DNA of 64,000 nt. It comes from an uncultured Planctomycetota bacterium. Lineage in GTDB: Bacteria; Planctomycetota; Planctomycetia; Pirellulales; Lacipirellulaceae. The notes beneath the pieces were generated by a model. That model was not told the DNA's origin, did not search any database, and saw only the letters and a program-made list of their open reading frames with translations. A program made the position numbers and the translations under genes. Shown here in pieces: positions 19,870 through 32,310 of this stretch (positions are counted from its first letter, which is position 1; each line of letters starts with the position of its first letter). The DNA is taken from contig CAVRBU010000001.1 in the NCBI GenBank assembly GCA_963719315.1, positions 512,001 through 576,000 of the forward strand, written 5' to 3'.

Positions 19870-20409
19870 GGCCAAAAATTAGTGTGGAACTCCCTATGCT
19901 ATTTTGCTACGCTGCCTACCACGCTGTACGCCAGCCATCGCTCTTTGACAATCCAGTAAAGCGACTGCTCTCTCAGCAGGTCGGGCTGTGCCTGACACGC
20001 TCGCGGTACCCTTGCCGCGCATTGGAATCTGCGCATCTGCGTTCATCGGCGGAAAAAAAACAGTCTTCCACCCGCTCGCGCCTTTTTGCCCAAAGCTGGC
20101 CGAAGGGCCGGAACAGCGTAAAACGCCGAGAAAATCGCCACATTTTCAAGGCTCGACCGCTCTGGCGAATAGCTAAGAGCTAACAGCTCATTCCTGCCAG
20201 ATTCCAGCTTCTTAGAGAGCAAACTCGCCTAATATTGCACGTTCCACGCAAGTCCAAACCACTGGATTTCCAGCGGTTCGCTGCCCGAACGCCGCACAAA
20301 ATGGAGGAGTTTTGCACGCGAACAAATTTTTCACGCGTCCGCACAATCGTACTCCCTTGCCGCCCAACGACTTGCGATTTCCATTGCGCAAAGCGCTCGC
20401 GCAAAACTG
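19870..20409 (+). repeat. Dispersed non-coding element, copy A
   Basis: Core 20063-20409 is a diverged reverse complement of 32311-32645; leader has GCTCTTTGACAAT. Confidence 0.85.
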
Positions 20410-20501
20410 CACGCCGCTTAGCCGCCCGCTCAGGTATCACTTGGTCAGGCTTTACCTGCCCGCAAAAGATGTCTGCCGGCAAAGAACTGTGGGTCTTGCG
20501 A

Positions 20502-21350
20502 TCAAGAAAACCGCTTCAGCATGTCGCTCGGGACCAGCTTCGTGAACCCGCCGGAACGGAAGCCGGCCAGGTCGAGTGTCACGAACTTGAAGCCCAGCCG
20601 AGTGAGCTCATCGACGATTGCCTTCCGAATTTCCGATTCGAAAACATCGCTCAATTGGGTGAGGGGAACTTCGATCCTGGCCATGTCGTCGGCGTGGTAC
20701 CGCACGCGCAGCTCGCCGATGCCCAGCGAACGCAGAAACTGCTCGGCCCGATCGATCATCGTCAGCCGCTCGGGCGTAACGCTCAAGCCGTAAGCAACGC
20801 GACTCGAAAGGCACGGCGTCGCCGGCTTGTCGGCAACTGGCAGATTCCAATCGGACGCCAGCGCTCGAATATCCGCCTTCGAGAAACCGCACTCCGCGAG
20901 TGGACTGTGGACGGCGTACTCATCGGCCGCTCGCATACCAGGTCGATAGTCGCCCAAATCATCGGCATTCGCCCCATTGACGACGACGTTCACTCCCAAT
21001 CGTTCTCGCACGATGCCGAGTTGAGAATAGAGCTCGCTTTTGCAGTGGTAACATCGGTCGGCGTTGTTGGCCAGGTAACTCGGATTGGCGAATTCATCCG
21101 TCGACAAAACTACGTGCCGGATGCCAATCAACTGCGCCAGCTCCTTAGCTGCGTCGAGCTCGCCCTCCGCCAACGCGGCGCTGGTGCCGGTGACCGCGGT
21201 AGCTTTCTCACCGAGCGCGAGGCGTGCGGCCTTGGCCACGACCGCGCTATCGACCCCACCAGAAAAAGCAACGGCGCACGAACCGTAGCCGGTAAGAAGC
21301 TTTAAGAGCCGATCGCGTTTGACGGTTTGTTCGCTGGACAGAGTCGACAT
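20502..21350 (-). CDS. larE: ATP-dependent sacrificial sulfur transferase LarE
   Basis: AFSGGVDS PP-loop, RCYHCK, DYRPG, PCLSSR, GFRSG. Confidence 0.92.
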   Translation of the reverse strand: MSTLSSEQTVKRDRLLKLLTGYGSCAVAFSGGVDSAVVAKAARLALGEKATAVTGTSAALAEGELDAAKELAQLIGIRHVVLSTDEFANPSYLANNADRCYHCKSELYSQLGIVRERLGVNVVVNGANADDLGDYRPGMRAADEYAVHSPLAECGFSKADIRALASDWNLPVADKPATPCLSSRVAYGLSVTPERLTMIDRAEQFLRSLGIGELRVRYHADDMARIEVPLTQLSDVFESEIRKAIVDELTRLGFKFVTLDLAGFRSGGFTKLVPSDMLKRFS

Positions 21351-21386
21351 AGTCGGAGTAACTCAAGCGGCTTTGTTCGCCGCAGC

Positions 21387-22196
21387 CTAACCGTCAAGCT
21401 GCTTCAATTCGTCTCGGAGCATGGCCGCGTCTTCGTATCGCTCTTCCATAACGGCCGTCTCAATTTGAGCTCGCAGTTCTGCCGCGCGGTCCACGGCGGC
21501 CGGCACCGCAGTCGCTTCCGTGACGGTTTCGGCAGCATCATTCGAAATCTTGGTGAGGATTTCCTCTTTCCAACGGCGCAGAAACGTCAGCTCGCCCACC
21601 TGAGGCGCCTGATCAACCTGATTGTATTCTTCGAGAAACTGCTCGATCCCGCGAATCCCAGCGTCCAGCACGCCTGCCGCGGCATCCCATTGCTCGAGTT
21701 CCACCAGGGGCGTAGCGACAGCCCGAGCGTGCATCATCGTTACGTAGGGCCGCCATTGATCGAACCGCAGCTTATCGCGCTCATCGCGGGCGTGCCCGCG
21801 CACGAAGGAGAACAGCCGCAAATTGCGCTCGGTATCGCGGGCACACAGTTCATAGTGCCCCAAATGCCAAAAACAAATGTAGCGGTGATAGTATTGCACG
21901 CCCTCTCGCAGAAGCTCGGCGCAATCCTCGGGTTCAAGTTGATAGGGCGCTCCGTCCGGGTTGGCGGCATCGTGATCGCGCTGGCGACGCTGGTGATACT
22001 CGAACCAAGAGGAGGCGTCGTGGATACGGCGTCCGTCCGGCCGGCCATCGAATTCCATCTGCAGCACGCCGAGGTCCAACCGAAGCTGGATCTTTCGATT
22101 GCCATCATCCCCTTTGATCACGCGCACGGTGATCTCATCGGGCCTGTACGGCCAGTCATGCACAATAGGATTGATATCGAACGACACGCGGGGCAT
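21387..22196 (-). CDS. UvrB/UvrC motif-containing protein
   Basis: IQLRLDLGVLQME..GRPDG; C-terminal ERYEDAAMLRDEL UVR motif. Confidence 0.85.
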   Translation of the reverse strand: MPRVSFDINPIVHDWPYRPDEITVRVIKGDDGNRKIQLRLDLGVLQMEFDGRPDGRRIHDASSWFEYHQRRQRDHDAANPDGAPYQLEPEDCAELLREGVQYYHRYICFWHLGHYELCARDTERNLRLFSFVRGHARDERDKLRFDQWRPYVTMMHARAVATPLVELEQWDAAAGVLDAGIRGIEQFLEEYNQVDQAPQVGELTFLRRWKEEILTKISNDAAETVTEATAVPAAVDRAAELRAQIETAVMEERYEDAAMLRDELKQLDG

Positions 22197-22341
22197 TCCT
22201 TCGCGGGAAACTGGACCAGGCAGCCGGCCGGAAGCGAATCCGCGCGCCGACTGCATTCGATGAATGGTATTCCAAACCGGAAGCCGAGAAAACACGAGAA
22301 ATCCAGGCTGCCGAGAATGTGACCGAGAGATTGCCCAGCCT

Positions 22342-23436
22342 GTCACGCGCCGGATCGCGAGTTACCCGCTCCAGCACCTTTGTATTTCGTTCGACAGCTA
22401 GAATAATCGTGCGTTGTTCCACGCCATCCGGCGAGCTGGCGATAACCGGAATGACTTGCCGACGGTCGGGCAGACTCATTCGCACGGTAAAGCTGCCATC
22501 CGGCCGCAGCGGCACCGGTTCACCTTGCAGCGTGACATGGGCATGAGGATTACTAACTCCGTATACAATCAGCTCGGCATCGACGGCGAACGGCAATTCT
22601 TGGGCACCAGACATTACCCGGGCTGCGCCGCCGCCGTAGCGAGTTTGCATCGGGCTACCCATCGGGCGCCGCAACCTCTCTTCCAGCAACTCCTGAAGTT
22701 CAAGGCTCGTGCCGCGGTCCGAGTAGCCGCCGCTCATGGCGAAGATGCGGTCGGCGTTTTGGTCGATATCGGCCCAGTTTTCGTCCACCGAATCGCTTGT
22801 GCCGGCCGGCGGGGTCGTAACTGTATTGCTGCGAACCAGGCAATAGAACTGGCCGGCGACCGTCAAATAGCCGATTTCCATCCTGTACTTCTGCGGCGGG
22901 TTCTGCACCTCGACGTACCAGTGATTAACGCCGCCGTGAATTACGATCTCGCGATTCACCTCGGCCGCCCCGTCGGCCGCAACTCGAAAAACGCGCAACA
23001 CGGGCCGCGTTCCGTGCCAATTCTGTCCGAGTGCCGATTGGGCTCGCTCCACGGTTCGCGGATCAAGCTCCCAGTAGGCGTGCAACCAATACGGGTCTCG
23101 GACCATTACGACCAACCGGTCCTGAGCGGTCCTATTTGCTGTACCACCATTGCCGCCAGCAAGCTGCCGACTCTCCACGAGTTGAGATCGCAACTGGCGT
23201 AGTTGCTCAAGCTCCTTAGAAGTTCGAATCGCGCGGCCATTCCGCTGCGTTTCTCTCGACAATACGGCAACCGACCCGCGGCCGTTGGAGAACTTCCTCG
23301 GCTTACGTTTAGAATGATTCACGAGCGCGCGGATCAACTCGTCTTTGCGCATCGAGTGCCAACCAGGAAGGCCCACCGAACGGGCAATTTGAGCAAGCTC
23401 CTTGCAACTTTGGTTGCGAAGCGTAGAAGCGGTCAT
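22342..23436 (-). CDS. DUF4912 protein with Rho-N-like HEH domain
   Basis: ELAQIA..MRKDELI; VMVRDPYWLHAYWE; VDAELIVYG; true stop probably TGA near 22342 (ORF reads on to 22156, probable indel). Confidence 0.8.
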
Positions 23437-24205
23437 TGATTAAAAACTCCGCCTGGATTCAGACTGATATCAAAAGGACGTGCCGGAAACTTAAACCGCA
23501 TCGTCCATGAACCAGAGAAACCACGCGGCAGACAAACGACCGAATATTTCCGCTTTCGACGCTATTGGGTCTGGAATTGCGGCAACAAAACAAATAGGAC
23601 TGCCGGCTTCCAAGCGTTCTTTTTGCCTAACCTAACACAAATCGAAAGGTGTGCATTACCCACGTATTTTCCCGCTACAATCGATACTAACCGAAAACTC
23701 GGAGTTTGGCAACAATTTTGGGGGGAACAGCGGCAGCCCACAGCGTCGCAAAGTATTTGGGCGCAAGCATTAAGGACAATCGCTGAGTGGCCGGTCTGCG
23801 GTAGTTTTACATTTTCCGAACTCGTTCTAATGGATGGCACGCTTTGAGACGCTGTGACGTGTTGCTGTGAAGGTCGTGCTCGCATTGTAGAACATCCCCC
23901 TTCTTCAAGAACGCTCCCCCCTCGATCTGAGCGCCATGATTTGCCTTCGCAGTGCAACGCTCGCCAGCGAATTCTAAGCCGAATTTGCGACGGCGAAAGA
24001 CTTTGTGAAAAAAAGCACAATTTCGTCGTAAGCCGTTGACAGGCACCAACGATGCAAGATAAATTGCTCAACCTACGGCAGTGAAACTTGCGCTTCCACG
24101 CGGGCAATCTGTCGCAAGTGGTGGACGAATTCCCGCGCTTCTTTTCGGGTTGCGAACGGGTTCCAAGCATGCCGCGGAGCAGTCCGCAAAACGGCGGCAT
24201 CGGTA

Positions 24206-24442
24206 ATGATTCCTTCGGACGACCGCTCGGTGCTAGCGACGGCGTATGAGTGGTCCTCGCGAATCATTATCGTTTCGCTCGTAATGGTCCTTCCCGGTCT
24301 GGCAGGCTACTGGATTGATAAGCAAGCGGGCACAGTTTGTTTGTTTCTGGTAATCGGACTGATAGTCGGGGGCACCGTCGGGATAAGGCGCCTGATCAAC
24401 CTGGCTAGTGAAAGTTCTAAAAAGCGAAACAACGACATATAG
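24206..24442 (+). CDS. AtpZ/AtpI family protein
   Basis: GYWID motif, two TMs, first gene of the atp operon. Confidence 0.75.
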   Translation: MIPSDDRSVLATAYEWSSRIIIVSLVMVLPGLAGYWIDKQAGTVCLFLVIGLIVGGTVGIRRLINLASESSKKRNNDI

Positions 24443-24466
24443 ACGCGAATCAAAGATTTTAAAGAC

Positions 24467-24937
24467 GTGCTTAGAAGCATATCAATATCACCAGACTTAA
24501 AGCCGGTGGGCGCCATTCATAGGTCGCTTCCGGCTGCACTTGCCAGTCTTGGAATGGCAGTCCTACTCGGGCCATTTGCGTACGCCCAATTCGGTTTTCC
24601 CGGATTAGTCGTCGTTTCTAGCCTCGGAACTGCGACTATCGTGTCTGTTTGGCTGGCTTCGTGGGGTGCGACGAAGCTTTCACATGAACATGAAATGGTC
24701 GCGAGGTTATTTGCATCGAGTGGCGTGCGCATGGTAGCGCCTTTGATCATCGCACTCGTGGTCGTGATGGGGCGCGGCCACATCGCACCGGTCGAGTCGA
24801 TGTACTATGTGGTGCCCCTGTATCTGTGCATGCTGGTCGTGGACGTCATCGGTTGGGTTCGCGAAGCACAAATGTCCGTGCCAACCGCAACCGAACTTGC
24901 ACAACGGGGTTCGATCGCGAGTGGCGAGGTCGGCTAA
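24467..24937 (+). CDS. AtpI-like membrane protein
   Basis: Four TMs directly upstream of atpB. Confidence 0.6.
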   Translation: MLRSISISPDLKPVGAIHRSLPAALASLGMAVLLGPFAYAQFGFPGLVVVSSLGTATIVSVWLASWGATKLSHEHEMVARLFASSGVRMVAPLIIALVVVMGRGHIAPVESMYYVVPLYLCMLVVDVIGWVREAQMSVPTATELAQRGSIASGEVG

Positions 24938-24940
24938 AGC

Positions 24941-25897
24941 ATGGCAGAAGACGCGTTAGATCCGAACCATCTATTTGGGCACGTCCAGGACGCGCCGTAC
25001 TTCGATGTACCTCGCAAGCTCTCGCAGGACGGCAAGGGGCATATCTTTTTGCCGCAACCATTCGCAAAGCCGATGGTTGGCGCCGATGGGAAACCATTGC
25101 TCGACGGCCACGGGCATCCCAAATACGAGGTCGTGTGGCAGGCGCATAGTTCGTCGCCAATGCTCAACCAAATCTTCCAGCCGCTCGATCTAACATTGAC
25201 CAAATTCATGGTGATTGAGGTCGTAGTTGCTTTGCTTATTTGCGTTTTGTTCATGGGGCTTGCGTTTCGCATCCGCCACGGCGGCACTCCCAAAGGCCGG
25301 CTTTGGAACATGCTGGAAGCTTTTCTCGTCTATCTTCGTGATTTTGTCGCCGTGCCGGCCATCGGCTCGCACGATGCCCGCCGATTTGCACCCTTGGTGT
25401 GGACCGTCTTTTTTTTCGTCCTTGGTTGCAATCTGATGGGAATGTTGCCGTGGGCCGGCTCACCAACAGCGTCGTTTGCAGTGACCGCTGCATTGGCATT
25501 TGTCGTATTTGTAACAGTCATCGGTTCTGGCATGGTGAAACTTGGTGTTTGGGGATTCTGGAAAGCCCAAGTACCGCACATGGATTTGCCCAAGCCGGTG
25601 GCTATCTTCTTGATCCCGATGATATTCGTGATCGAGATTTTTGGATTGTTAGTCAAGCATTTTGTCTTAGCGGTGCGACTTTTAGCCAATATGATTGGCG
25701 GCCACGTGGTGCTGGCGGTATTGCTCGCGTTCATCACGGCGACCGCAAGCTCGCTCATGTTTTGGGGAGTGATGCCTGCGAGCGTGTTGGGGGCGACCGC
25801 GCTCAGCCTGCTGGAGTTGTTGGTCGCCTTTATCCAAGCCTATATTTTTGCATTTTTGGCTGCGTTGTTTATCGGCATGGCCGTTCATCCACACTAG
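24941..25897 (+). CDS. atpB: ATP synthase subunit a
   Basis: LAVRLLANMIGGH, ELLVAFIQAYIF. Confidence 0.96.
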   Translation: MAEDALDPNHLFGHVQDAPYFDVPRKLSQDGKGHIFLPQPFAKPMVGADGKPLLDGHGHPKYEVVWQAHSSSPMLNQIFQPLDLTLTKFMVIEVVVALLICVLFMGLAFRIRHGGTPKGRLWNMLEAFLVYLRDFVAVPAIGSHDARRFAPLVWTVFFFVLGCNLMGMLPWAGSPTASFAVTAALAFVVFVTVIGSGMVKLGVWGFWKAQVPHMDLPKPVAIFLIPMIFVIEIFGLLVKHFVLAVRLLANMIGGHVVLAVLLAFITATASSLMFWGVMPASVLGATALSLLELLVAFIQAYIFAFLAALFIGMAVHPH

Positions 25898-25983
25898 ATG
25901 ACCGGTTTTTTTCCGATGGTAAGCGCCGGTTTTGCGTTCACATCCAATTGGTAACAATTCGCTTTCACTAAGGAGACAAGACT

Positions 25984-26313
25984 GTGGGAAACTTGATTCG
26001 TATCGGTGTGATGTGTTTGGCGGTAACGGCAATTGCCTCGACGGCGATGGCCCAAGCTCCGGCGCCCGAGGCTGCACCGAAGGCGACGGCAACACCCTCC
26101 AGCTACAACATGAACCTGGGTGCCGCGCTCGGCGCGGGCGTCGTGATTCTCGGCGCCGGACTCGGCATTGGTCGTATCGGTGGCCAGGCGGTGGAAGGGA
26201 TGTCACGTCAGCCTGAAGCGGAGGGCAACATTCAGACGGCCATGATCATTGCCGCAGCTCTGATCGAAGGTGCCACGTTCTTTGCCCTGATTGTCGTGTT
26301 GATTAAGGGCTAA
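25984..26313 (+). CDS. atpE: ATP synthase subunit c
   Basis: GAGLGIG, RQPE, ALIEG; N-terminal signal-like extension. Confidence 0.95.
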   Translation: MGNLIRIGVMCLAVTAIASTAMAQAPAPEAAPKATATPSSYNMNLGAALGAGVVILGAGLGIGRIGGQAVEGMSRQPEAEGNIQTAMIIAAALIEGATFFALIVVLIKG

Positions 26314-26328
26314 GCGGCTTAAGGGTGA

Positions 26329-26988
26329 ATGATGAGCATTGCACGATTTGGTTGTGCGGTTGTGATCGCCAGCGTGGCGGCTGTAAATGCGGGCGCGACG
26401 CGACTTTACGCGGCGGCGCCTGAGACGCCGATCGTCGATACGGAGGCAAAAGTAGCGGCGGAAGCGGAGCACGAGTCTGGGCCGAACCCACTGGCCTTTG
26501 ACCCGGACCTCGCGATTTTTACGGCGATCGTGTTTTTGCTGCTGCTAGCGATCCTCGGCAAATTCGCGTGGCCGCAAATTACGGCGGCCCTCGACGAACG
26601 CGAACGCAAGATCGCGGACAATATAGCCGCCGCTGAAGCTCAGCATGAAGCAGCGAAGCGCCTGCTCGCGGAGCATGAAGCGAAGCTGGCGGCGGCAGCG
26701 GGTGAAGTCCGCGCGATGTTGGAAGAGGCTCGCCGCGATGCGGACCACACCCGACAGCGGATCGAGACCGAGGGCCATCAAGCCGCCAAGGAAGAGCTCG
26801 ATCGGGCGGTGCGGGAAATTGGCCGGGCGCGCGATGCAGCCGTTCAAGACTTAGCCGTAGCCAGCGCCAACGTGGCGATCGACCTGGCAAGGGGAGTCGT
26901 TCGCGATGAGATTTCCGCCGACCGGCAGCAGCAGATCGTACGCGAAGCCCTGAGCAAACTCAGCACGGCAACTCCCAGCACGAATTGA
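26329..26988 (+). CDS. atpF: ATP synthase subunit b
   Basis: FLLLLAILGKFAWPQI..LDERERKI, coiled coil. Confidence 0.93.
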   Translation: MMSIARFGCAVVIASVAAVNAGATRLYAAAPETPIVDTEAKVAAEAEHESGPNPLAFDPDLAIFTAIVFLLLLAILGKFAWPQITAALDERERKIADNIAAAEAQHEAAKRLLAEHEAKLAAAAGEVRAMLEEARRDADHTRQRIETEGHQAAKEELDRAVREIGRARDAAVQDLAVASANVAIDLARGVVRDEISADRQQQIVREALSKLSTATPSTN

Positions 26989-26998
26989 AAGCAGCCTT

Positions 26999-27640
26999 TT
27001 GACGTTGGAAACCACCGACGCAGCAACGTTGAAGCACGAAACCGTGATGGATGTCACCGAGGAGCAAATTGCGCGCGTGTACGCCAAGGCTTTTTTGGGC
27101 GCAACCGCCAAGTCGGCCGATGCGGATGCGCTGGTCGAGGAGCTGGATTCGATTGTGGACGACGTGCTCAACCGCTTTCCAAAGCTCGAGCGAACGCTGG
27201 AATCTTCGCTCGTGTCGCCGGAGCAAAAGGAGCAATTGCTAGGTCGCATATTAAGCGGCCGCGCGTCGCGCGAAGTACTGAACTTTTTGAAGGTACTATC
27301 GCGGCACGGACGACTGGGAATCGTTCGCTCGGCGACAAGATTGGTAGCGAAATTACACTCCGAGCGGCGCGGTTTAACGGATGTCGAAGTTCGCGTTGCC
27401 ACGCCGCCCGACGATGGATTGCGCAACGAGATTCACGCACATCTTCGCAAGGTATTGGGTACCGAGCCTGTCTTGAATATTAAGGTCGATCCATCAATTC
27501 TGGCCGGCATCGTCATCCGCGTCGGCGATCGCGTGTATGATGGCTCCGTCCTAACTCGCTTGGAGCGCGCCCGTACGGCCATGATCGACAAAGCCACCGA
27601 ACAAATTGAATCCAGGCCAGAGAGATTTATGGTCGCGTAG
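26999..27640 (+). CDS. atpH: ATP synthase subunit delta
   Basis: ARVYAKA; VDPSILAGIVIRVGDRVYDGS. Confidence 0.93.
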   Translation: MTLETTDAATLKHETVMDVTEEQIARVYAKAFLGATAKSADADALVEELDSIVDDVLNRFPKLERTLESSLVSPEQKEQLLGRILSGRASREVLNFLKVLSRHGRLGIVRSATRLVAKLHSERRGLTDVEVRVATPPDDGLRNEIHAHLRKVLGTEPVLNIKVDPSILAGIVIRVGDRVYDGSVLTRLERARTAMIDKATEQIESRPERFMVA

Positions 27641-27676
27641 GTCAGGCTCCAGCCTGACCTATAAAGAGGAGAACTT

Positions 27677-29238
27677 ATGAAATTCAACAGCGACGAAATC
27701 GCGTCCGTCATCCAACAGGAAATCGAGCAATTCGAGTCGCAGATCGACGTCCGCGACGTCGGCCGCGTGCTCGAAGTCGGCGATGGCATTGCCCGCGTCT
27801 ATGGGCTCTCCGGCGTTATGGCCCAGGAGATGGTCGAGTTCGCCAACGGGACGATCGGACTGGCGTTCAATCTCGAAGAAAACTCCGTCGGCATCATCAT
27901 CCTGGGCGACTATTTGCAGATTGCCGAAGGCGATGAGGTCCGCAGCACGGGCCGACTTCTGAGCGTGCCCGTCGGCGACGAACTTTTGGGCCGCGTGGTC
28001 GATCCACTCGGCAATCCGTTGGACGGCAAAGGCCCGATCGTCACAAAAATGCGACGCCCCGTGGAGCTCATCGCCCCCGGCGTCGCCGAGCGGGCGCCTG
28101 TGAGCGAGCCGTTGCAAACGGGCCTCAAGGCGATCGACGCGATGACACCGATCGGCCGCGGTCAGCGCGAACTGATCATCGGCGACCGCAAGACGGGTAA
28201 GACAGCGGTTGGCATTGATGCGATCATCAATCAACGCGACTCGGGCGTGAAGTGTTTCTACGTGGCGATTGGTCAGAAGGATTCAACGATTCGCGGCGTG
28301 ATCGAACGACTTACCGAAACGGGCGCCATGGATTACACGACGGTGATTGTCTCCGGCGCCAGCTCCCCGCCCCGCTGCAATATGTCGCCCCGTACTCCGG
28401 AACCGCGATGGCCGAGCACTACATGTTCGGTGGCGGTCATGCGCTCATTGTGTACGACGACTTGAGCAAGCAAGCGGTCGCTTACCGGCAGTTGTCTCTG
28501 CTGCTCCGCCGGCCGCCGGGCCGCGAGGCTTACCCGGGCGATGTGTTCTACTGTCACAGCCGGTTACTGGAGCGGTCGGCTAAGCTTTCCGATGAGCTAG
28601 GCGCCGGCTCCCTCACCTCGCTGCCGATCATCGAAACGCTGGAAGGCGAAGTCTCGGCATACATTCCGACAAACGTGATCTCCATCACCGACGGCCAAAT
28701 CTACCTGCAGCCGGACCTGTTTTTCGCTGGCGTGAAGCCCGCCATGAATGCGGGCATTTCGGTGTCCCGCGTCGGTGGCGCCGCCCAAATCAAGATTATG
28801 AAGAAAGTGGCCGGCGGCTTGCGGCTCGATTTGGCCGCCTTCCGCGAATTGGAAGCGTTCGCCCAACTTGGCACTGAGCTCGATGCAGCCACGCAAGCCC
28901 GGCTCGACCGCGGTTACCGCATGGTCGAAATCCTCAAGCAAGGGCAGTACCAGCCGATGCACGTTCTCGAACAGGTGCTGATTATCTACGCCGGCACGCG
29001 CGGCCACTTGGATAAGGTATCGGTCACCGAGGTCCAGGCCTGGGAAAAGCAGTTCCTGGAATTCGTCCACAACCAGAAATCCGAGCTCTGGGACGCATTG
29101 CTCGACAAACAGGATTTGACGGACGACATCGCCAAACAAATCGAATCCGCCATCAAGGAATTCCAGGCCCAATTCGCCCATGGTGGCGCAAAAGTCAATC
29201 CAGCCGACTCGCGTGCCCGCGAAACGGTCGCCGTGTAA
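27677..29238 (+). CDS. atpA: ATP synthase subunit alpha, apparent frameshift at 28365-28368
   Basis: [21 protein letters not shown]; one added C in the C-run restores SSPAPLQY. Confidence 0.95.
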
Positions 29239-29276
29239 CCTTCAGTTCACATTGTCCCCTGTTCCCCCTCTTCCCA

Positions 29277-30188
29277 ATGGCCAATCCCCGCGTACTTGAC
29301 AAACGCCGCCGCTCGATCCGCAACATCCGCAAGATTACGCGGACGATGGAGCTGATTGCGACTGCGCGATTCAAGAAGGCGATGGACCGCGCGTCGGCCG
29401 CCACCGCCTTCACGAACCGCATGACGCAGCTCGTACGCGACTTGCTCGCCAGCGGGCTGGAAGTGCATCACCCGCTGCTCGAGAAGCGAGAAGCGGTTCG
29501 CAATGCCACGCTGCTAGTGCTCACTGCCAACCGCGGCCTTTGCGGCGGATTCAATGGCAACCTTCAGCGGGCCGGGTTTCACCGTTGGTTGGAACTTAAG
29601 CAGGCGATTCCCAACTGTCATTTGGAAATCGTCGGCAAGCGCGGCATTTCCGCGTTCAAGTTCCGCGGCATCACGCCCGGCACGAGTTACACTCACTTCG
29701 AAGACAGGCCGTCGTTTGACGAAGTGGACGTCATCGCTAGTCGCTATTTAGACGAGTACACAACCGGCAAGCTCGATCGGCTGGATGTCGTCTACACGAA
29801 ATTCCTAAGTGTCGCGCGGCAACAAATCGTCATCGAAACTCTGCTGCCATTAACGGCGATTGGAGCAGAGGCCACGGCAACAAGCACTGGCAATTCCGGT
29901 GGCGCCCAAACGGAGCAAACTGGGTTGAGGGCGATTTATGAGTTCTTGCCGTCGCCTGACAGCATCTTGGACGAAGTGGTGCCCGCCAGCTTCAAAGTGA
30001 AATTGTTCAAGTGCTTTCTGGATTCCGCCGTAAGTGAACAGATTGCCCGGATGGTGGCGATGAAAGCCGCGACTGAAAACGCCGGCGATCTCATTCATCG
30101 GTTGAGCATGCAATACAACCGCGCTCGCCAAGGCCGAATCACGTCCGAACTCATGGACGTCATCGGCGGCGTAGAAGCCCTCAGCTAA
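29277..30188 (+). CDS. atpG: ATP synthase subunit gamma
   Basis: KITRTMELIA, RGLCGGFN, YNRARQGRITSEL. Confidence 0.96.
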   Translation: MANPRVLDKRRRSIRNIRKITRTMELIATARFKKAMDRASAATAFTNRMTQLVRDLLASGLEVHHPLLEKREAVRNATLLVLTANRGLCGGFNGNLQRAGFHRWLELKQAIPNCHLEIVGKRGISAFKFRGITPGTSYTHFEDRPSFDEVDVIASRYLDEYTTGKLDRLDVVYTKFLSVARQQIVIETLLPLTAIGAEATATSTGNSGGAQTEQTGLRAIYEFLPSPDSILDEVVPASFKVKLFKCFLDSAVSEQIARMVAMKAATENAGDLIHRLSMQYNRARQGRITSELMDVIGGVEALS

Positions 30189-30227
30189 ATAGCGTCCTCG
30201 GCCTTTACAACTTTCGCCGCAAACTAA

Positions 30228-31712
<1,485 letters not shown>

Positions 31713-31822
31713 GTTAAGCCGCGACGAGCGAGGATCCCAAGCGACCGCGGCGGAGCGTGCCTTCACTCTCTCCTTCTCCCGGACGGCGTTTAGAACTCAT
31801 AAGCAAATTCACAATCTGACCA

Positions 31823-32242
31823 ATGGCCGATCCGCACACCACTCATTCAGGCGCTCTCCGTTGCATCATCGTCACACCCGAGGCGACGGTGCTCGACACG
31901 GCGACCGAGTTCGTCGCACTGCCGCTGTTCGATGGCGAAGCTGGGATCGCCCCCGGCCGCTCACCGCTGATCGGCCGGCTCGGTTATGGTGAGCTTCGCG
32001 TTCGCCACGGCAGCCAAACGCAGCGCTATTACGTCGACGGCGGCTTCGTCCAAGTGGTCGACAACCTTGTCTCGGTGCTTACCAACCGCGCCGTCGCCGC
32101 TAGCGCGGTCGATAACGCCGCTGCCCAGCAGCAACTTCAAACCGCCCTCTCTACTCCCGCCGCTGGCCCGGCCGAAATGGCGATCCGCGACCGCCAAATC
32201 TCTCAGGCCCGAGGCCAACTCCGCGTGGCCAGCCGCATCTAA
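31823..32242 (+). CDS. atpC: ATP synthase subunit epsilon
   Basis: IVTPE, GEAGIAPG, VDGGFVQV. Confidence 0.92.
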   Translation: MADPHTTHSGALRCIIVTPEATVLDTATEFVALPLFDGEAGIAPGRSPLIGRLGYGELRVRHGSQTQRYYVDGGFVQVVDNLVSVLTNRAVAASAVDNAAAQQQLQTALSTPAAGPAEMAIRDRQISQARGQLRVASRI

Positions 32243-32310
32243 GTGATCTGCCCAACTAAACCTTTAGCTTTGGCAAATCGCTAACGAGCGCGAGAGTCGT
32301 GCACGCGGTG

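Noticed and set aside
20235..20545. Protein-coding reading of the dispersed repeat (ORFs at 20235, 20312 and 32264-32518)
   Set aside because: Frames are not conserved between the two copies.
23562..24200. 212-aa ORF between DUF4912 and the atp operon
   Set aside because: No motifs, atypical composition; more likely the divergent promoter region.
28361..28372. atpA as pseudogene or programmed frameshift
   Set aside because: One missing C in a C-run of an essential gene within an intact operon; similar single-base shifts near 13829, 22345, 37190, 40940, 44910 and 46130 point to assembly indel errors.
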